Assembly: GCF_018350175.1 (NCBI RefSeq) | Contig: NC_058369.1 | Coordinates: forward strand, 7,008,001-7,072,000 | Direction: 5' to 3' | DNA: 64,000 nt | DNA from: Felis catus | Taxonomy: Eukaryota | Part shown: positions 38,650-51,450 of the stretch, one piece after another | How the letters are laid out: each line of letters opens with the position of its first letter | How positions within the stretch are numbered: the first letter of the stretch is position 1 | Program-made: the position numbers and the translations under genes | Notes under the pieces: generated by a model | What the model saw: the letters and a program-made list of their open reading frames with translations, nothing else | The model's database searches: none | Told to the model about the DNA's origin: nothing

Positions 38650-39460
38650 TCTGTCTTAGTGGCAATAGTTGGGGAGAGAATTGGGTTACAGAGGAGTAGG
38701 TCCAAGATATAATATTATGCTTAGCTCAGCCCCAGTGTGAGCTCCCACCTCCTAAGGACAATTCTTCCCAACTACTGACCCTCATGCCTCACAAATAAAT
38801 TCTCATGGACACTACACGTTGTTGCAGGTCACTATCCAAATGGTGATAAGGTGGACGGTAAGCCTGTGTTGGGTCACCCACTACTCCCTTCAGAATGAAG
38901 GGTTCCTCTCCAGGTTCAGGGAGTGCAGCCATCTGACAGCAGCCCTCAGCCTTCAGCCCTCTCAGAGAATTGCTCTCAGCTGAAGGAAGCTGCTGCCATT
39001 CCCCAAGTTCCCACCACAAAGGTCTCTTGCTGTGGGAGCATAACTGCCTGACAGCCATCTGTAGCCACCACTGTCTTTGCTCTGAGGGTACTGTTGGGCT
39101 GCTCCCATCCACTGACTGAGCACAGTAGGGTACCAGTGCATGCCCATTGTCATGCTCACACAAGGACATTGGTGACCAGGTTCAGTCAACCCTGCCAAGA
39201 TAGTGACTCCTTCTCCTGGCATGAGGAACCTCAGGTGCCAGGTAGTCAGATAGCTTCAGGTCCAATGGGACTCCTGCCATGTCTCTGGAAGTGCTACCCT
39301 TTTAGGTGTCAAGACCTTTAAACTTGCTGATGGCAGAGTTGAGGAGACCTGAAGCAAATACTGCTCAAGTGGCTCACTGGGAGTGACATTACACAGGGCT
39401 GCTTCTACTAACAAGCCTGATTTCTGAACCCATGTATCCCACGTATTGGAGATATAGAGC
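38650..39460 (-). mobile_element. ERV-L remnant (LTR16-like LTR plus pol C-terminal/dUTPase fragment)
   Basis: Minus-strand peptides VTPSEPLEQYLLQVSSTLPSASLKVLTPK and GVTILAGLTEPGHQ resemble ERV-L ITPSDPL..FLLPVPATL.SAGLEVLVP and GVTVLAGVIDPDYQ (recalled). Confidence 0.65.
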
Positions 39461-40165
39461 ACATCATGATTGTCATTGACTTAGAGTGTATATGCATCCT
39501 GTGAAGTGTGTAGCCAGGACGTGTTGTGGATTCAAATACCTGCACTGAATATGACCGGTCTCTTTCAAGTTAAAACTGTTGCATATTTTCCATTAAGCAA
39601 AAATTTTGTCAACTAACCATAGTCCATAATTTCTTTATGCAATATTTTACCTCTATCTCACCTTCCCTGACAAACTTAATAGGTGATTTATACTGACACC
39701 TCTATTTCCTCAATACTCCTCAAGCTTCTCTACATGGATGGTTTGTGCCCCTATCCCTCACTTCAGAGGTAAAAAATGGAGCCCTATCTAACATCAACAA
39801 AGGCTTCCATGTCACTAGCAAATGTCAAGGGATATTTTCACTCTTCATTTCCTTAGTCCTTTCAACAGTCAAAAGTGTTAATCACTCTGCTTTTCTTCAG
39901 AAAGAACCTGTTTGTCCCCATGGCACTGTCAGCCACAAGTGATCTTTGAAATCTCTAAAGAGTCTTCAAGGGATGAACATCACAGAATGTTCATTCCTGG
40001 TTTTGGTTCTTGCAGGAATGAAACGTTCCTTAGGGGATACATTGTCATTTCAGTCAAACCAAACACAAGAGAATTTCTCCTTGGAGAAAATGCCTTCAGC
40101 TTTGCCCATTGTTGCCTACATAAACACGACATTGTCTTATTTTTTTCCATTCTTTTATTTTTGTA

Positions 40166-40225
40166 TCCCAAGGGAACTGAATTGTTTGGAGAGAGGAAAG
40201 TCAGTAGAACAATTTATTTAATGAG
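40166..40225 (+). promoter_or_regulatory. Putative promoter of the OR7D4-like gene
   Basis: Consensus O/E palindrome TCCCAAGGGA 40166-40175, 36-nt spacer, ATTTATTTAATGAG 40212-40225. Confidence 0.75.
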
Positions 40226-43200
40226 CAGCTCTAAGAACTCCATCTTTGAGATGATAATAACATATCCCTGCTGTCCCTGTCCTATAATTCTCTGATACCA
40301 GCCTAGGGGAAAGCCCAGATGAGCTACTTCTGGACACACTGCAGAGAAGAGAAAGCTTCAGTGATAACCATCACAGAGGGTAGGATCATTGCTGTCCAGT
40401 AAGGGCTGGAGGAGTATGAAGAAAAGGGACGAGAAAGTGGATGCTGGCTTTACCTCTAGAATAATGAGACTGGAGCAGCCCCACATTTAATTAGTCAACA
40501 AAGCTGAAGTCATTGTAGTTTGAAGGTGCTTTACTTGCTACTTAAACCAGTCTTTTCCAGCTCTTGCTAAGTCTCCTTACCTCTCTCAGAATCTAGAGCC
40601 TCTTCCAGTAAGAGTTATTTTCTAGTGAGTTTCCTCCTCTTCTCTATTCTTTCCCATAAATAATAGGCTCCTGTTTGATTTCCTGCCCCATCATTTATTT
40701 CTTAACTACTCACTGAAGATCTATTAAGCCCAAGATATTGCCTATTTTGTTTCCCATGTGATTGGATTTTTTGATAATATTCTCTCTTTTTGCTGGCAGA
40801 TTCGACTTACTTAGAGCACTTAATAGTATTGTTGTGTTTACCTTTAGTGTCCACAGTGTATCTACAAGTAACATCATTGTTTCTGACATTTGGTTCTCAG
40901 GCTAATTTCCTTTTTTCATCAATCTTTTTAAATGTTCATGAGAATGTGGACTGCCTTAGCCTTTTCATGAATTTAACACAAATGTTTTAGTGTTTGAATG
41001 GAGGGACCCTGTTGGCTACAGTTTTAAACAGCTGTCCTCTATTGGGTTAAGAAATTGTTCTTAGATTCCTCCTTTGGTGAGAGGCTGTGTCCTGGCTGCC
41101 AACCATGAAAATAGCTGCTACATTTCCTCAAATTTATTTTCTATGGAGATTATGGTTATAATTCCTCTTAATTTCCCTGTATTTGTGATAAATTGTTTTT
41201 TCAAACATCCTAGCGTTAAACCATCTTTCCATTCCTAGAATAGGTATGACTTGTTCATGATGTATTACCCTTTTAAATAGACATGAATGCACTGTATTTA
41301 CTCTGCTATTATATTGTGTATCTACATTCAGGTATATAATGAATTTGCACTATTCATTATATTATTATTTTTCTGCATTATTGTTGATGCTTTTGGTCTC
41401 AATCTTTATTACACATCTAACATTTGCATGTATTGAACACCTGCTATATGCAGACACATTGTAAGTCCCTGCAAAGACAAGTGAGCAGAAACATCTTAAT
41501 TTCTGACCCGCTTAAATATATATATATATAATTATTAACATGATGGCCACAATAAGGAATCATACAGGATGCTTTCTCCACATGTGCTCCTTACACACTC
41601 TGTCCCTCCTGGCCCTCACTGTCTGCCCTCCATCTTACTGACTTCTCAAATCCTTTCCATTACCAACCTCACCCAACCACGGAGAAAGTGCAAATTCTAT
41701 TCTTTCCACCTCAAATTTGTGGCCTTACCTAATTTCCCTTTTAACATTTACCCATCTTTCCTCTTGCAGCTCAGATATTCATATTTCAGAGAAGTCTTTC
41801 CTACCCATCTCCTGGGGTAAATTTGTCCCCCCAAATTTTGTTTTCCTTTTAACTAAAATTTTTTAATTAAAAAATTTTTAATGTTGATTTAATTTCTTGA
41901 AAGAGAGAGAGACAGAGCACGAGCGGGGGAAGGACAGAGAGAGAGGGAGACACAGAATCTGAAGAAGGCTCTAGGCTCTGAGCTGTCAGCACAGACAGCC
42001 GGTGTGCTCATGAACCTGGAAATCCTGACCTGAGGCAAAGTCAGATTCTCAACTGACTGAGCCACCCAGACATCCCTGTTTTCCTTTTAATTAATTAACA
42101 TTCTATAGACACTAATACTATTGAAATTTTTTCTATCACAGAGGAAATAAACATATATTTTCAATTTTTAGGATGCTTCAATTTATAGAAGCTTTGAATA
42201 TTTTTCAATCAATCAATAAATCAATCATTTTTGGCAATTAACTCCTCTGATCTTAATACAACACATCTCACTTGTGAGCATGTACACAGGAGCACACACA
42301 CTCACACATGCTTTGTATTTCATTTTAGTGGTTTTGTGATTCCCCCCCCCCCTTATTTATGTAGTCCATATGTTTTGCCTCCCTTGTGGTGGAATCCACC
42401 TGGCAGGTGATATCTGAAAGAGGGAGGTATAGAGTCTTCATTAACTAGAAGTGCTACATGATGGTCAGCAGAACTACCAGACCTGATGTGCTTATCATGA
42501 TCAGAATTCTGGGGGACCTTGGTGGCTCAGTCAGTTAAGCTATCTGACTCTTGATTTCAGCTCAGGTCATGATCTCATGGTTCATGAGTGCCAGTCCCCA
42601 ACAGACTGCAATGACCATGCAAAACCTGCTTGGGATTCTCCCAGGCGTGTGCTCTCTCTCTCTCTTAAAATAAGTAAATAAACTTAAAAAAATTTTTTTT
42701 AATGATTAGAATTCCATCTTTGATGGCTGCCCAGTCTGAGTAGAATACTGATAAATGATAACCATAAATGACCAAGTTCTTGTGATACTAAGAACAGAAG
42801 CTCATATTTGTCAAGTGTCCACTGTATGTCACAAAAACCACAATAGAAACATAACATGCATTATCTTGTTTAATTCACTGACCAGGCTTGTAAAGCAGGG
42901 AAATTTACTACTCTCATTGTAAACTGAGGTATCTGTAGTCTCATGATTTTAATTAACTCTGTCAAGGTCACACAGAAAGTAGACTGGTGCACCAAAGTTT
43001 TATTCTAGAAGGTCTGACTCAAGATTCCTTTTTTTAAATCATAGGTCTATAATGATTTTTATGACAGTTATATATCAACAAACAATTGTCATAAAAGGAA
43101 TAGATTAATAAAAAATAGTTATCATTTTTGACATCCTACTGTGTACAAAAGCATTTTGAATCATCATAAAGAAAGTAATAGCAGTAACCACATTTTTAGG

Positions 43201-43676
43201 GAAAAAAAGTTAACTGTGACAATAACAGGACACATCAGAGCACAAAGTCAAGGGTGTTTGAGTTGAAAACCTATCTTAATCACTATTTTAGGGTTTTTAG
43301 AATAAGGGCAGTTATGGAGGTTATCAAAGAGAAGACCTTATTTGTCTTCAATGATTTTGGAAGATCATATCAAGGAAGAAATTGGTTTATATCCATAGAT
43401 TTGAATAGAATTAGAACCAGTGAGTAGGAGATACAATGAGAAAGATTTCTGATAAGCTAAAGATAGTCTGAATGATTGCATACATTTAAATGGATTTGGG
43501 CTATGATTTCAATGAGTGAATCACTAGATTTGGAAGGACTGATTGAGAGTGAAGGATATCCGTGTACAATGGATGCAAAAAGGATATCCATGCAAAAAGG
43601 TGATGACTAGGAGGTGTCAGTTGACTCTTCACTGAAGGCTGCTTTTGTCTCCTTCTCCAGCAAACACACCAGATAC

Positions 43677-44615
43677 ATGGAAGCAGAAAACCAGACAGAA
43701 GTATCAGTATTCCTCCTCCGGGGTCTCTCAGATGATCCAGAACTGCAGCCTCTCCTCTTTGGCATGTTCCTATCCATGTATCTGGTCACTGTGCTTGGCA
43801 ACCTGCTCGTCATCCTGGCTGTCAGCTCTGACTCTCACCTCCACACCCCCATGTACTTCTTCCTCTCCAACCTGTCCTTTGTTGACATTTGTTTCATCTC
43901 CACCACTGTCCCAAAGATGCTGGTGAACATCCAGGAATGCAGCAAAGGCATTTCCTATCTAGAATGCCTCATTCAAGTGTATTTTTTTATGATTTTTGCT
44001 GGAATGGACGATTTCCTCCTGACTGTGATGGCCTATGACCGGTTTGTGGCCATCTGCCACCCCCTACACTACACAGTCATCATGAACCCACGACTCTGTG
44101 TCCTCCTGGTTCTGGGTTGTTGGCTCACCCTTTTCTGGGTCTCCTTGATTCATATTCTACTGGTGAGGCGGCTGGCCTTCTGTACAGGCACTGAAATTCC
44201 ACATTTCTTCTGTGAACTGGCTCAGATTCTCCAGGTAGCCTGCTCTGACACTCGTATCAATAACATCTGCTTGTATGTTGCCACTGCACTGCTGTGTGTG
44301 TTTCCTCTCACTGGGATCCTCTTCTCATACTCTCAGATTGTCTCCTCCTTAATGAGGATGTCGTCCAGTGAGGGCAAGTATAAAGCATTTTCCACCTGTG
44401 GGTCTCACCTCTCTGTGGTCAGTCTGTTCTATGGGACAAGCCTGGGGGTCTACCTCACTTCTGCTGTGACCCATTCTTCCCAGAGAAGTTCGATTGCCTC
44501 AGTGATGTACACTGTGGTGACCCCCATGTTGAACCCCTTCATCTACAGCTTGAGGAACAAGGATGTGAAGGGGGCCCTGCAAAGATTCCTCAGCAGAGCA
44601 ACCTCATGGCCATGA
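43677..44615 (+). CDS. OR7D4: Olfactory receptor 7D4 orthologue (androstenone/androstadienone receptor in human; 312 aa)
   Basis: [53 protein letters not shown] and SAVTHSSQ match human OR7D4 as I recall it. Acceptor CTTTTGTCTCCTTCTCCAG (AG 43659-43660) lies 16 nt before the ATG. Confidence 0.88.
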   Translation: MEAENQTEVSVFLLRGLSDDPELQPLLFGMFLSMYLVTVLGNLLVILAVSSDSHLHTPMYFFLSNLSFVDICFISTTVPKMLVNIQECSKGISYLECLIQVYFFMIFAGMDDFLLTVMAYDRFVAICHPLHYTVIMNPRLCVLLVLGCWLTLFWVSLIHILLVRRLAFCTGTEIPHFFCELAQILQVACSDTRINNICLYVATALLCVFPLTGILFSYSQIVSSLMRMSSSEGKYKAFSTCGSHLSVVSLFYGTSLGVYLTSAVTHSSQRSSIASVMYTVVTPMLNPFIYSLRNKDVKGALQRFLSRATSWP

Positions 44616-44961
44616 TGGGCCACTAGCTTTGAAGCCACATGGACATTGTAGGTCCCAAAAGCAAATGTGAGATTAAATCTGTCTCTTTTTCTCCTCTAAT
44701 GAACATGTTTGATTTATTCTATTCCCAAAGCACCCATGACTTCCCTTCTGTTTGTTTTTGTATTAGTCTCTCCTCAACAACTCCTCCATAAAACCTTTTG
44801 GACTTTGCTTCTCCATATGCTGTCGATAAATTTCCATGTTTGATCAGCTTTCTTGCAGCCATTCTTAAGATTTCTAACTTCAGGCTTGAAGGACTTGTCA
44901 TATCAAACGTTGCTGTGTTTGCTGCAAGAATAATGCTCTAAAATGTTGATGTTCTTCACCT

Positions 44962-45820
44962 CAATTTTTTTTAATTGGTGAAAAAACTTATATTTAGCCA
45001 GCTGGACTTAGTTTATTTTTTTAATTTTTTTAATGTTTATTTATTTTTGAGAGACAGAGCACAAGCGGGGGAGGGGCAGAGAGAGAAGAAGACAGAATCT
45101 GACGCAGGCTCCAGGCACTGAGCTGACAGTACAGAGCCCAATGCGGGGTTTTAACCCACGAACCATGAGCTCATGACCTGAGCTGAAGTCAGCCGCTCAA
45201 CCGAGCCACCCAGGTGTCCCAGCCGGACTTAGTTTAGAAAATCCTGGGGTGCCTGGGTGGCTCAGTTGGTTGAGCGTCCAACTTCAGCTCAGGTCATGAT
45301 CTCACAGTTCGTATGTTCAAGCCTCACGTCGGGCTCTGTGCTTATAGCTCGGAGCCTGGAACCTGCTTTGGATTCTGTGTCTCCCTCTCTCTATGCCCCT
45401 CCCCCACTCATGCTCTGTCTCTCTCTCTTTCTCTCTGTCAAAAATAAATAAACATTTAAAAAAAAAAAAAAGAAAGAAAATCCCAATTTGTTGGCAACTG
45501 CAAAGTGTCATAGTCAGGAACCAGTTGAACATATGCTTTCTTTTCTCCATTCAGCCTGATCAGAGTGTTGGCCCTGGCCACATCAATGCCATAGAGCTTC
45601 TTCACAGCCTGTTTGTTCTGGTGCTTGTTGGCCTTGACATCCACAATGAACACAAGTGTGTTGTTGTCTTCTATTTTCTTCATGGCTGACTCAGTAGTCA
45701 GGGAAACTTGATGATGGCATAGTGTCAGCTTGTGTCTCCTGGGGGCTCTCTTCCAGGGATATTTGGGCTGCCTTAGGAGATGCAGTGTCTTGGGCGGTCA
45801 GAAAGTAAGTGACATGTGGA

Positions 45821-45864
<44 letters not shown>

Positions 45865-45979
45865 ACTGTGGACGCCTTTTATCACTGTTTTCTTGGCTTT
45901 CAAAACCTTTGCTTTGGCTTCGGCTCTGGGAACAGCAGGGGCTTCCTTCTTTGCCTTTGGCATCATCTTCGTGAAAGGC
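44962..45979 (-). pseudogene. RPL23A: RPL23A processed pseudogene, interrupted by two SINEs
   Basis: Translations [19 protein letters not shown] and [29 protein letters not shown]. Intronless; ATG at 45966, stop near 45236-45234. 3'UTR ACTAAGTCCAGCTGGCTAA..TTTCACC plus A-tail near 44965-45014. TSD TCTTCACCT at 44953-44961 and 45980-45988. Frameshifted. Confidence 0.93.
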
Positions 45980-46419
45980 TCTTCACCTTTTGTTTGTGTG
46001 CTTGTTTTCCCCATAAGAAATGGAATGAAATCCTATGTGGTCATTCAAAAGTGCTTACCTTCTCAGAACTGTGCCTTTTCCTTCGCATGTATGACTTTCT
46101 GTCATCTTGAAAACGTGTGTGGAGACATTTCCTCTCATTCACCCCACTTTTCAAAAGAGGAGAATAAGATGGAATTGGGTAGGACCTGGCTAACTGACAT
46201 GGAGTTTCCATCCTACTTTGTATAAGAATAGTGATGTGATTTTCAACTTCAAAATCAGAATCTAGATTTCTATGATCATGTTCATAGTAATATTCTGCCT
46301 TGGAAAACTCTGAGATGTTGCTTCATTCTTTGTGATCTTTCCATCTTTCCTCCTTTTCTTCCTTTCCTTCTTTCACTTGACTTTTATTTCCCATATATGC
46401 AATTTTAAGATATACCCTC

Positions 46420-46458
<39 letters not shown>

Positions 46459-46459
46459 A
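46420..46459. repeat. (TAAA)10 microsatellite
   Basis: Seen directly; flanked by ACCCTCTAA on both sides. Confidence 0.95.
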
Positions 46460-46514
46460 CCCTCTAAGATCCTAAAACATACAATAGTGAAGACAATAGA
46501 ATAAAAGTTATTTT

Positions 46515-47341
46515 CTAGTGTGGTTTCTGGGACTCTCTGGAGGTGCCATCAGGAATGGTAATTACACACGTGGAACGTGTTCAGAACATAACTCACTTTG
46601 GGGGAATAACGTGGATAGAAACACTCACTTTCACTGAGTGTTCAGTGAAAGATGGACTAGTAGACGCTGTCAACATTTCTCCGACATTTCTCTCCCATTT
46701 CTTCCCTGGGACCCCTCACCATGTCCACTGCATGACTGCCAAATGACAGCCCTAGCCAGAACCAACTTTCCCCACTAGGTGGTGGTGGAAGTGACAGAGA
46801 ATTATGCCCACACAAAGACAGCCCTTCATGGAGACCTATAGGGTATGGCATGTCTTTCACACACTAGACTGGATAATTCTGAGGTTTGTATTTTGTACCA
46901 CTTTCCGGAATTGCCCCACAGGATGAAATTCTGCTCCTTCCCTGTGGTAGCAGACTGAACATAAACTTAATTCTAATGTATTTTCTTCTTTTAAAAAAAT
47001 TTTTTATTACGTTTCTTTATTTTTGAGAGGCAGAGAGAGACAGAGCATGAGTGGGGGAGGGGCAGAGAGAGAGGGAGACACAGAATCTGAAGCAGACTCC
47101 AGGCTCTGAGCTGTCAGCCCAGAGCCCAGCACAGGGCTCGAACCCACAAACCATGAGATCATGACCTGAGCCGAAGTCGGATACTCAACCAACTGAGCCA
47201 CCCAGGTGCCCCTAATGTATTTTCTTCCATGTATCACTTCTCCTCTCACCCATGCTCCATGTTCCTTGTTCTTTCCAATAAAGTGCTTGCACATAAACCC
47301 TTGGCTAAGCATCTGCTTCTCTGAGAATCCAAGCTAAGACA
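46515..47341 (+). mobile_element. LTR16/LTR33-like ERV-L LTR interrupted by a SINE
   Basis: 3' terminus AATAAAGTGCTTGCAC..CATCTGCTTCTCTGAGAATCCAAGCTAAGACA. Confidence 0.55.
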
Positions 47342-47689
47342 GGTGGTAAAGCTATAATGTACAACACCATATCCTGAAAGGAGTTCAAACTTCTGGAGAG
47401 AAAAAAAAGGAAACTAATCATTGGGAACATAGGACTGCAAAATTACTCTAAAATTATAATCTGTTAGAGAGGAAAGGCTTATTTGATGTAACTCCAATTC
47501 ACTTTGATTCCATTAAGTTGACACCAATGTGAATTTATTGACTACTGTGTCCAAATCGAGGAGGGGTCAAAATGGTTGCAATACACAGTGGTGAGCATAA
47601 TGTGGTGTGTCATAGATCGTTTTGAAAACAAAAGTAAAAGTTTTGAAACCATCCTGAATAATTCCAAGAAAACTCTTTCAACTTTTTTA

Positions 47690-48350
47690 AAATAATTTTT
47701 GAGGCATGATTTACATATACAAAATTTACCCAATGATAATGTAAATTAAATGATTTTAGTAAATTTGTAGAATTATGTGATTATTACTGTAATCTACTTT
47801 TAGAATATTTCCTTTACCTCATAACATTCCCTTGTGCCCATTTGCAGTTACTATTGACTCCCACCTCAATCCTAGGAAATCACTTATCACTGTCTCTATT
47901 AATTTGCTTTACTAGATATCTTATATAGATGCAATCATACAACGTGTAGTCTTTTGTATTGGTCTTCTACACAGCGTATGTTTTTTCAGAGTCATCCATG
48001 TGGAACTATGTATCAACGTTTTGTTTCTTTTAATTGCAGAACAGTATTCAAATGTGTGGATGTACTAATTTTTTAATCTACTTGTCCGTTGGCACACATT
48101 TGGACATTTCCCGTTTCGTGTCATTATAAATAATGCTGCTGTGGGTACTTGAGCACAAGCGTTTGTGGCAACGTGTGTTTTTATTTCTCTTGGGTAGATA
48201 CCTAGGGTTGGAATTGCTGGGTCATATGGTAAGTTTATCTTTAAGCTTTTAAGCAACTGCCAAACTGTTTTCCCAAGTGACTGCCCAATGTACATTCCCA
48301 CCAGGAATGCATGAAGGTCCAGTTTTTCCACAATTTGGCAACACTTTGTA
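47690..48350 (-). mobile_element. Old L1M 3' fragment
   Basis: TTTCTCTTGGGTAGATACCTAGG..GCTGGGTCATATGGTAAG..AACTGCCAAACTGTTTTCC. Confidence 0.8.
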
Positions 48351-48649
48351 TTCAGGGAAAACTTCTATAGGAAAATATATGCTTACATGATGAATAACGA
48401 GTAGAAATTTAACTGGATAATAGGCTTGGGTGACATTTAACAGACATGCAAGAATGAAGTATTTTAGGAATATATATAGAATTTAATGGCTGAGTTATTG
48501 GGAATAAGCCTGGGGGTGCCTGGGTGGCTTACTCAGTTAAGCATCTGACTCTTGATTTCAGCTCAGATCATGACCTCAGTGTCATCATCTCAGGTGTTGG
48601 AATCAAACCCCTGGTAGGTCTAGACCCTACTTAAGATTCTCTCTCTTTC

Positions 48650-50662
48650 CACAAAAAACAATAAAATACCTAGGAATAAATCTAACCAAAGAGGTGAAAA
48701 ATCTCTACACTGAAAACTATAGAAAGCTTATGAAAGAAATTGAAGAAGACACCAAAAAAAAAAAAAAGGAAAAATATTCCATGCTCCTCGATAGGAAAAC
48801 AAATATTGTTAAAATGTTGATACTACTCAAAGCAATCTACATATTCCATGCAATACGCATCAAAATAACACCAGCATTCTTCACAGAGCTAGAACAAACA
48901 ATCCTAAAATTTGTAGGGAACCACAAAAGACCCCAAATAGCCAAAGCAATCCTGAAAAAGAAAACCAAAGCTGGAGGCATCACAATCCCAGACTTCAGGA
49001 TGTATTACAAAGCTGTAATCATCAAGACAGTATGGTACTGGCACAAGAAGAGACCCTCAGATCAATGGAACAGAATAGAGAAACGGACCCTCAAATGTAT
49101 GGCCAACTAATCTTTGACAAAGCAGGAAAGAATATCCAATGGAATAAAGACAGTCTCTTCAGCAAGTGGCACTGGGAAAACTGGACAGCAACATGCAGAA
49201 AAATGAACTTGGACCACTTTCTTACACCAGACACAAAAATAAACTCAAAATGGATGAAAGACCTAAATCTAAGACAGGAAGCCATCAAAATCCTAGAGGA
49301 GAAAGCAGGTAAAAATCTCTTTGACCTTGGCCGCAGCACCTTCTTACTCAATATATCTCCAGAGGCAAAGGAAACAAAAGCAAAAATGAACTATTGGGAC
49401 CTCATCAAGATAAAAAGTTTCTGCACAGTGAAGGAAACAATCAGCAAAACTAAAAGGCAACCGATAGAATGGGAAAAGATATTTGCAAACGACATATTAG
49501 ATAAAGGGTTGGTATCCAAAATCTATAAAGAACTTATCAAACTCAACACCCAAAAAACAACTAATCCAGTGAAGAAATGGGCAAAAGACATGAACAGACA
49601 CTTTTTGGTTTTTTTTTTTAATTTTTTTTTTAACGTTTATTTATTTTTGAGACAGAGAGAGACAGAGCATGAACGGGGAAGGGGCAGAGAGAGAGGGAGA
49701 CACAGAATCGGAAGCAGGCTCCAAGCTCTGAGCCATCAGCCCAGAGCCCGACGCAGGGCTCGAACTCACAGACCGTGAGATCGTGACCTGAGCCGAAGTC
49801 AGACGCTCAACCAACTGAGCCACCCAGGTGCCCCAGTGAACAGACACTTTTTGAAAGAAGACATCCAGATGGCTAACAGACATGTGAAAACATGTTCAAT
49901 GTCACTCATCATCAGGGAAATACAAATCAAAACCACAAATGAGATACCACCTCATACCTGTCAGAATGGCTTACATTAACAACTCAGGCAACAACAGAGG
50001 TTGGCGAGGAGGCAGAGAAAGAGGGTATTTTTTGCACTACTGGTGGGAATGCAAACTGGTGCAGCCACTCTGGAAAACAGTCTGGAGGTTCCTCAAAAAA
50101 TTAAAAATAGAACTACCCTATGACCCAGCAATTGCACTATTTATCCAACGGGATACAGTAGTGCTGTTTTGAAGGGACACATGCAACCCAATGTTTATAC
50201 CAGCACTATCAACAATAACCAAAGTATGGAAAGAGCCCAAATGTCCATCGATGGATGAATGGATAAGATGTGGTATATATATGCAATGGAGTATTACTCG
50301 GCAATCAAAAAGAATGGAATCTTGCCATTTGCAACTCCATGGATGGAACTAGAGGGTATTATGCTAAGTGAAATTAGTCAGAGAAAGACAAATATATGAC
50401 TTCACTCATATGAGGACTTTAAGATACAAAACAGATGAACATAAGGGAAGGGAAGCAAAAGTAATATAAAAACAGGGAGGGGGACAAAACATAAGAGCTC
50501 TTAAATATGGAGAACACACAGAGGGTTGCTGGAGAGGTTGTGGGAGGGGGGATTGGCTAAATGGGTAAGGGGCATTAAGGAATCTACTCCTGAAATCGTT
50601 GTACTATATACTAACTTGGATGTAAATTTAAAAAAAAATTATCTTACAAACATAAGAAAAAA
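48650..50662 (+). mobile_element. 5'-truncated felid L1 (ORF2 C-terminus + 3'UTR), inserted in a SINE and carrying a SINE
   Basis: ORF2 peptides [61 protein letters not shown], frameshifted. Imperfect TSD AAGATTC..TCTCTTTC at 48633 and 50663. Confidence 0.95.
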
Positions 50663-51019
50663 AAGATTCCTTCTCTTTCACTCTACCACTTATGTTGTCT
50701 CTCTCCAAAAATAAATAAGTAAATAATTTTTAAAAAAGAAAAAAGAAAGTAATAAGCCTGTAAATGTAGATGGAAGACAGACCATTGAGAGTCAAACTTG
50801 ACATACTAAAGATTTTGTAATCATTTGAGAACCAAAACATGCTGTATTCAAAGGTATCAAATGAGGACCTTAGGATTACTCTGAGTGGGAGAATTGGAGC
50901 CATAGGGATCAGTTAGGAGACAGTTGAAACAGTCAAGGAGAGACATAATGGGTACCTGACCTAGCCAGTGGCAATAAGATAGGCAAATTTTGGAAGAGAG
51001 GTATATTAATTTCCTATTG

Positions 51020-51450
51020 AATCTGTTTTGCGTTGCCATAAGTCTAGTAGTTTCAAATGACACCATTTATTATTTTACATTCTGGAGGTCAAAAGTCTAA
51101 AATGTATCATCAGGATTGCTTTCCTTTTGGAGGTGCCTGAGAAAGTCCTTTTCCTTGCCTTTCTAAATTTTAGAGCCCCCCTGCATTCGTTGGCTCATGG
51201 ATCCTACTTCCAGTTTCAAAGTACAAAGTACGACATCTTGAAATCTCCCTCTAGCCCTCCTGCTTGCTCTTCCTAGGACCTTGAGGATTACATCGTGCCG
51301 ACCCAGATAATTCGGAGTACATTTCCTATCTCAAGATCCTTAACTAAATGACACTCCCAAAGAGCCTTTTGCCATCTAAAGTAGCACATTCACAGGTTCT
51401 GCAGAATAGTACATGGACATCTTTGGGAGGCTATTATTCAGCTTACCACA
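51020..51450 (-). mobile_element. MLT1C/D-type LTR
   Basis: ATTTATTATTTTACATTCTGGAGGTCAAAAGTCTAAAAT..ACATGGACATCTTTGGGAGGCTATTATTCAGCTTACCACA. Confidence 0.75.

Noticed and set aside
48694..49778. 138-aa and 248-aa ORFs (also 58796-59314)
   Set aside because: Frameshifted L1 ORF2 fragments with no endonuclease or RT core; not host genes.
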